Shown here in pieces: positions 1 to 64,000 of a DNA stretch of 64,000 nt (positions are counted from its first letter, which is position 1; every line of letters starts with the position of its first letter). The translations under genes and the position numbers were made by a program. The notes beneath the pieces were generated by a model. It saw only the letters and a list, made by a program, of their open reading frames with translations, was not told where the DNA came from and searched no databases. The DNA is from Podarcis erhardii. Its lineage: Eukaryota. The DNA lies in assembly GCA_964252035.1 (NCBI GenBank), contig OZ176213.1; one strand, 5' to 3'.

Positions 1-20
1 CTATATTGAAAATCAAATAC

Positions 21-63213
<63,193 letters not shown>

Positions 63214-64000
63214 CTAAAATGAGATGAAGAGTCATGCCATTATTTATCTATTTAGGTACTTGCAAGTGGGGCCTGAATCAAAAGGGTTCCAACAAGCCAG
63301 CCATGTTGTTTTCCATTCTACTGCCACCCCCCCCCCTACATATACATCTCCCAGCAACCCAAATACATCAAGCATTCCATGGCCAGCGAGCATGCTCAGT
63401 CCTCAGGAGGTCATTCTGAGGGTTCCCTTCACTTTTTTCTGAAGCCTTTTTTGTACTTTCCCCATGGCTACTAATACCTCCTCTCGTGTGTGGATGGTGT
63501 TTTGGCTACACAATGAACAGCACTCAGAGAATGCTATTAGTGTAGATCAGCCTTTGCCTACCTGGTGCCCTCCTGATCTTCCGGACTCCAGCAAGCATGG
63601 CCATATTGTGCTGGACTGACAGGAGCATGGCTGTGCTAGCTGGGGCTGATGGGAGATGAAGCCCAAAACATCTGGAGGGCACTAGATTGGCAAATGATGC
63701 CTTTTCAATGCAAAAAGTATTTGTACAGCAGCAAACAATACTACTAAGAAAGTATAAATAAAAGCCAGTAAAAAAATTCAATTCAAACAACAAAATAAAA
63801 ATAGCAGTAAGCTAGCAATTAAACAAAGCAATTGATAAATCTACCTAAAAACGAACGCACACTTTTTTTCTTTTGAAGGAAGGAGAGGGTCTGGTAAATC
63901 TCCCACAAATATGGGGCAATAACTGAGAAAGTTCTGTCTCTGGTTCTCATCAACTGGAATGTCATTAATGACAGGGCAGGGAGAAGCATCACCAGTGACA

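Noticed and set aside
63850-64000. Open minus-strand frame at the window edge as the next HERC1 exon
   Set aside because: The translation (VTGDASPCPVIND...) does not resemble the HERC1 sequence expected upstream and lacks a suitable donor.

Overview
Vertebrate genomic DNA from a squamate reptile. The CR1, L2, L1, tRNA-derived SINE and TA-flanked MITE content points to a lizard, probably a lacertid (inference). The window lies entirely inside one gene on the minus strand: HERC1, the giant HECT E3 ubiquitin ligase. I traced 55 consecutive coding exons (63213 down to 21; 10,043 nt, about 3,347 codons). Every junction is phase-compatible and the frame stays open. They cover the Ser/acidic linker, SPRY, UBA-like, Cys/His module, WD40, second RCC1-like domain (RLD2) and the start of the HECT domain. 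Both gene ends lie outside the window. Identification rests on my recollection of the human protein, not a database search. Introns hold CR1/L1/L2 fragments, SINEs, MITEs, a probable solo LTR, microsatellites and a 141-N gap. I see no new standalone gene or system. The best leads are: candidate in-frame cassette exons (105 nt and 33 nt) and a possible poison exon around window exons 6-8; a GC-AG intron; a tandem 3' splice site; a single-exon Cys/His module resembling MYCBP2; an inverted pair of near-identical CR1 tails flanking exons 39-53; and a MITE with perfect palindromes nested in an L1.
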